The position numbers and the translations under genes are program-made. DNA of 64,000 bases from positions 496,001-560,000 of the forward strand of contig NC_135263.1 in NCBI RefSeq assembly GCF_964204865.1, read 5' to 3'. Each line of letters opens with the position of its first letter. The first letter of the stretch is position 1. Shown one piece after another: positions 61,857-64,000 of the stretch. This DNA is from Styela clava. Lineage: Eukaryota. The notes under the pieces are model-generated. The model did no database searches and had not been told where the DNA came from. It saw only the letters and a list, made by a program, of their open reading frames with translations.

Positions 61857-64000
61857 GCGGGCTAAAACCGTTTCTAAGCAGCTGAATCGTTGCTATGCGA
61901 CAATTGATTGTGCTCAATGACTGTGTGCATTGCTAAGCAATCAGAACAAATTATAACAAAAATCGTAGTGGTACGATTGGAAGTTCCGCACTCCAAGTTT
62001 GGGATCGGACGAGTAATTTGTCAGATCAATGAAAGACAAGTCAAATATTCCAATCTTTTATGTCAAAGCGCAAAAAATGTGTTCCCCGAATGCTTGGTCG
62101 CAATATGCCCTCATCAACGCAAAGTTCTGTTTTCATGCGAAACTTTGACGTTGACAGCTTTTTATCTGAAATTTGAGATGGAAGCAAACAATGTAGGAAT
62201 TAATTTACGAAAGGTAATAAGGTAATTGAATAAGGTAAGAATAAAGCTGTCTCTATCTTGAGCCCAAAAACGCATGAATTCAATGAGACTGGTGCCCCAC
62301 CCCAACTTCAAGGCGACTGTGAAAGCTTCCCTATCCAAATCTGAGCTGGCCATTACTCTGAATTTCCAACCAACCAACACCCGGGTTTTCATGTTCATGC
62401 AAGTGTCCACAGATATTAATCTTTTATAAATGCGACATTTTTACCATGTAGGTATACCGCTTAATGTCTCAGTGGTGGCAACTCTCCTATTGCCGTTTAT
62501 CTACACATTTAAGATGACCCCCTTAAAACGGCGCATTTATATAAATTCGCAAATAAGTCGATCCTACAAATCGTGCGCTCTTATCGTGAGAACCTAAACT
62601 GGTTAGAGTTAGCTGTTGGAATTAAGTAAGCACAATTTCGTTTAGTGCGTTCAGAGTTACGAGTGTATAATCCGACCCCGTAGAAGTTTGGCAACTTTTA
62701 ACTTTTTTTGAGTTTCGGACTTGGCTTAATATATGCGAGAATATACAGTTATATTTTTACCCACTTCAGTTGAGCACTGGTAGTCTGCAGACTTTTAACT
62801 AAACATATTTCCAAGTCTTTCTCAAAGATAAGAGTCGCTGCTGATTCTTTATAACATCTCTGACATATTAAAAAAAAATATAATTTTTATGAATATTATT
62901 TTAGAAAATTTTGATTGTTGCAGTATACTGTTTTTTATTATTAAATTATATTTTGATTTGTAAAAAATGCTCGAGGTCTAACTATATTTTTGTCAGCAAC
63001 CTATTGGTCCACGAACAAGCCTCTGTACAATTAGTTTTTACTCTGGACTGTAGGGATGGAATTATTCTCAATTCGTTCAAAATTATGTTTTCTTATTTAC
63101 CGACATAGGTTTCCCTACTTTACATCAAGTTGTGTAAAGGGTGTGAAACCTATGGACAGGGGAGTATATTCACTTGGCTGACACAGATAGTCTCGAACTC
63201 GTAATAGAACTAAAATAATGAAAATCGGAATAAAATTAATCTTAACCTGGTACGCACACTATGGAAGTACCTATTGCTGATGGTATTTGTGGCACTAGAG
63301 AAGCCACTGTTCAAAGAACCCTTGCAGTTTCAAGATAATTTTGGTTTTGAGAATTTCCTTTCATATCCCAAAACTTGTTTCTTTGCAAGCAGGGCTGGCC
63401 AAAATTGAATTTACAAATTCATATCAGAAAAATATCCTAGTATGGAAAATATTTTAAATTAGGTCGTGTTTAGATTGGACATTATATATTTATTGAAATA
63501 GTTAAGTTTTTTCGCATAATAGTTAAATAATTTATTGAAGACTGTTTGCTAAGATTAGTGGTCCTTCCTCATTTGTGAGGTCTTGTGCAATATTATGATT
63601 GGCTGATTAACTTCAAATGTATTTTTATACTATTATGATGTAACAAAGATGATTAATATGATATAATAATTATTAATAAACACTGATAACGTAATGTTGT
63701 TTGCTTCAGACATGTACATGTGAATTTTTTTTATGTTTAACATGGAGAGAGAAAAGCTCAATCAGTTGCGGACCACAGCAAAGGGGCCATAGGTGAATGA
63801 GGGTGAGAGCCAGATTTATCCTAAGAGAGAAGAAAGTTAGTAAGAAAATTGTTCAGTTGGCAGCCAGTGTCCGAGAAATTCGTCACGGGAGCGGGAGATT
63901 TCCTACGACGAATTTTCCGACAACCTCTGGCAGCCCATGTTCACTTTGAAATTTAGGTGGATGAAAGAACAAGATGGCATCGATTCAAAATTCTTATCAG

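Noticed and set aside
63844-64000. Open frame running off the right edge (...EISYDEFSDNLWQPMF...)
   Set aside because: Too short and not recognisable; cannot be supported without the next window.

Overview
AT-rich animal genomic DNA with spliceosomal introns, probably from an ascidian/tunicate (an inference from gene compactness, intronless housekeeping genes and repeat types). There is one assembly gap (11444-11575). The left half (1-31.5 kb) is a tandem-duplicated cluster of secreted, atypical C-type-lectin-domain (CTLD) genes on the minus strand. It holds two complete 6-exon genes, one copy that lacks the signal exon and carries a nonsense codon, and the first exon of a fourth gene that runs off the window. 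It is surrounded by nested duplications, minisatellites, MITEs and a triplicated promoter/leader exon. Two closely related lectin copies differ almost entirely by amino-acid-changing substitutions confined to the CTLD. The right half is a dense housekeeping block. On the minus strand lie an NDUFA1-like ORF, ELOC, BBLN, ELP5, C22orf23/EVG1, TXNDC9 and MCTS1 (with a U12-type intron). Head-to-head on the plus strand lie NDC1 and RAB9. This block is a candidate polycistronic operon. A near-intact 3.56-kb hAT transposon and a 5'-truncated L1/Tx1-like LINE sit side by side with overlapping target-site duplications. All gene models were built by hand from splice signals and reading phase.
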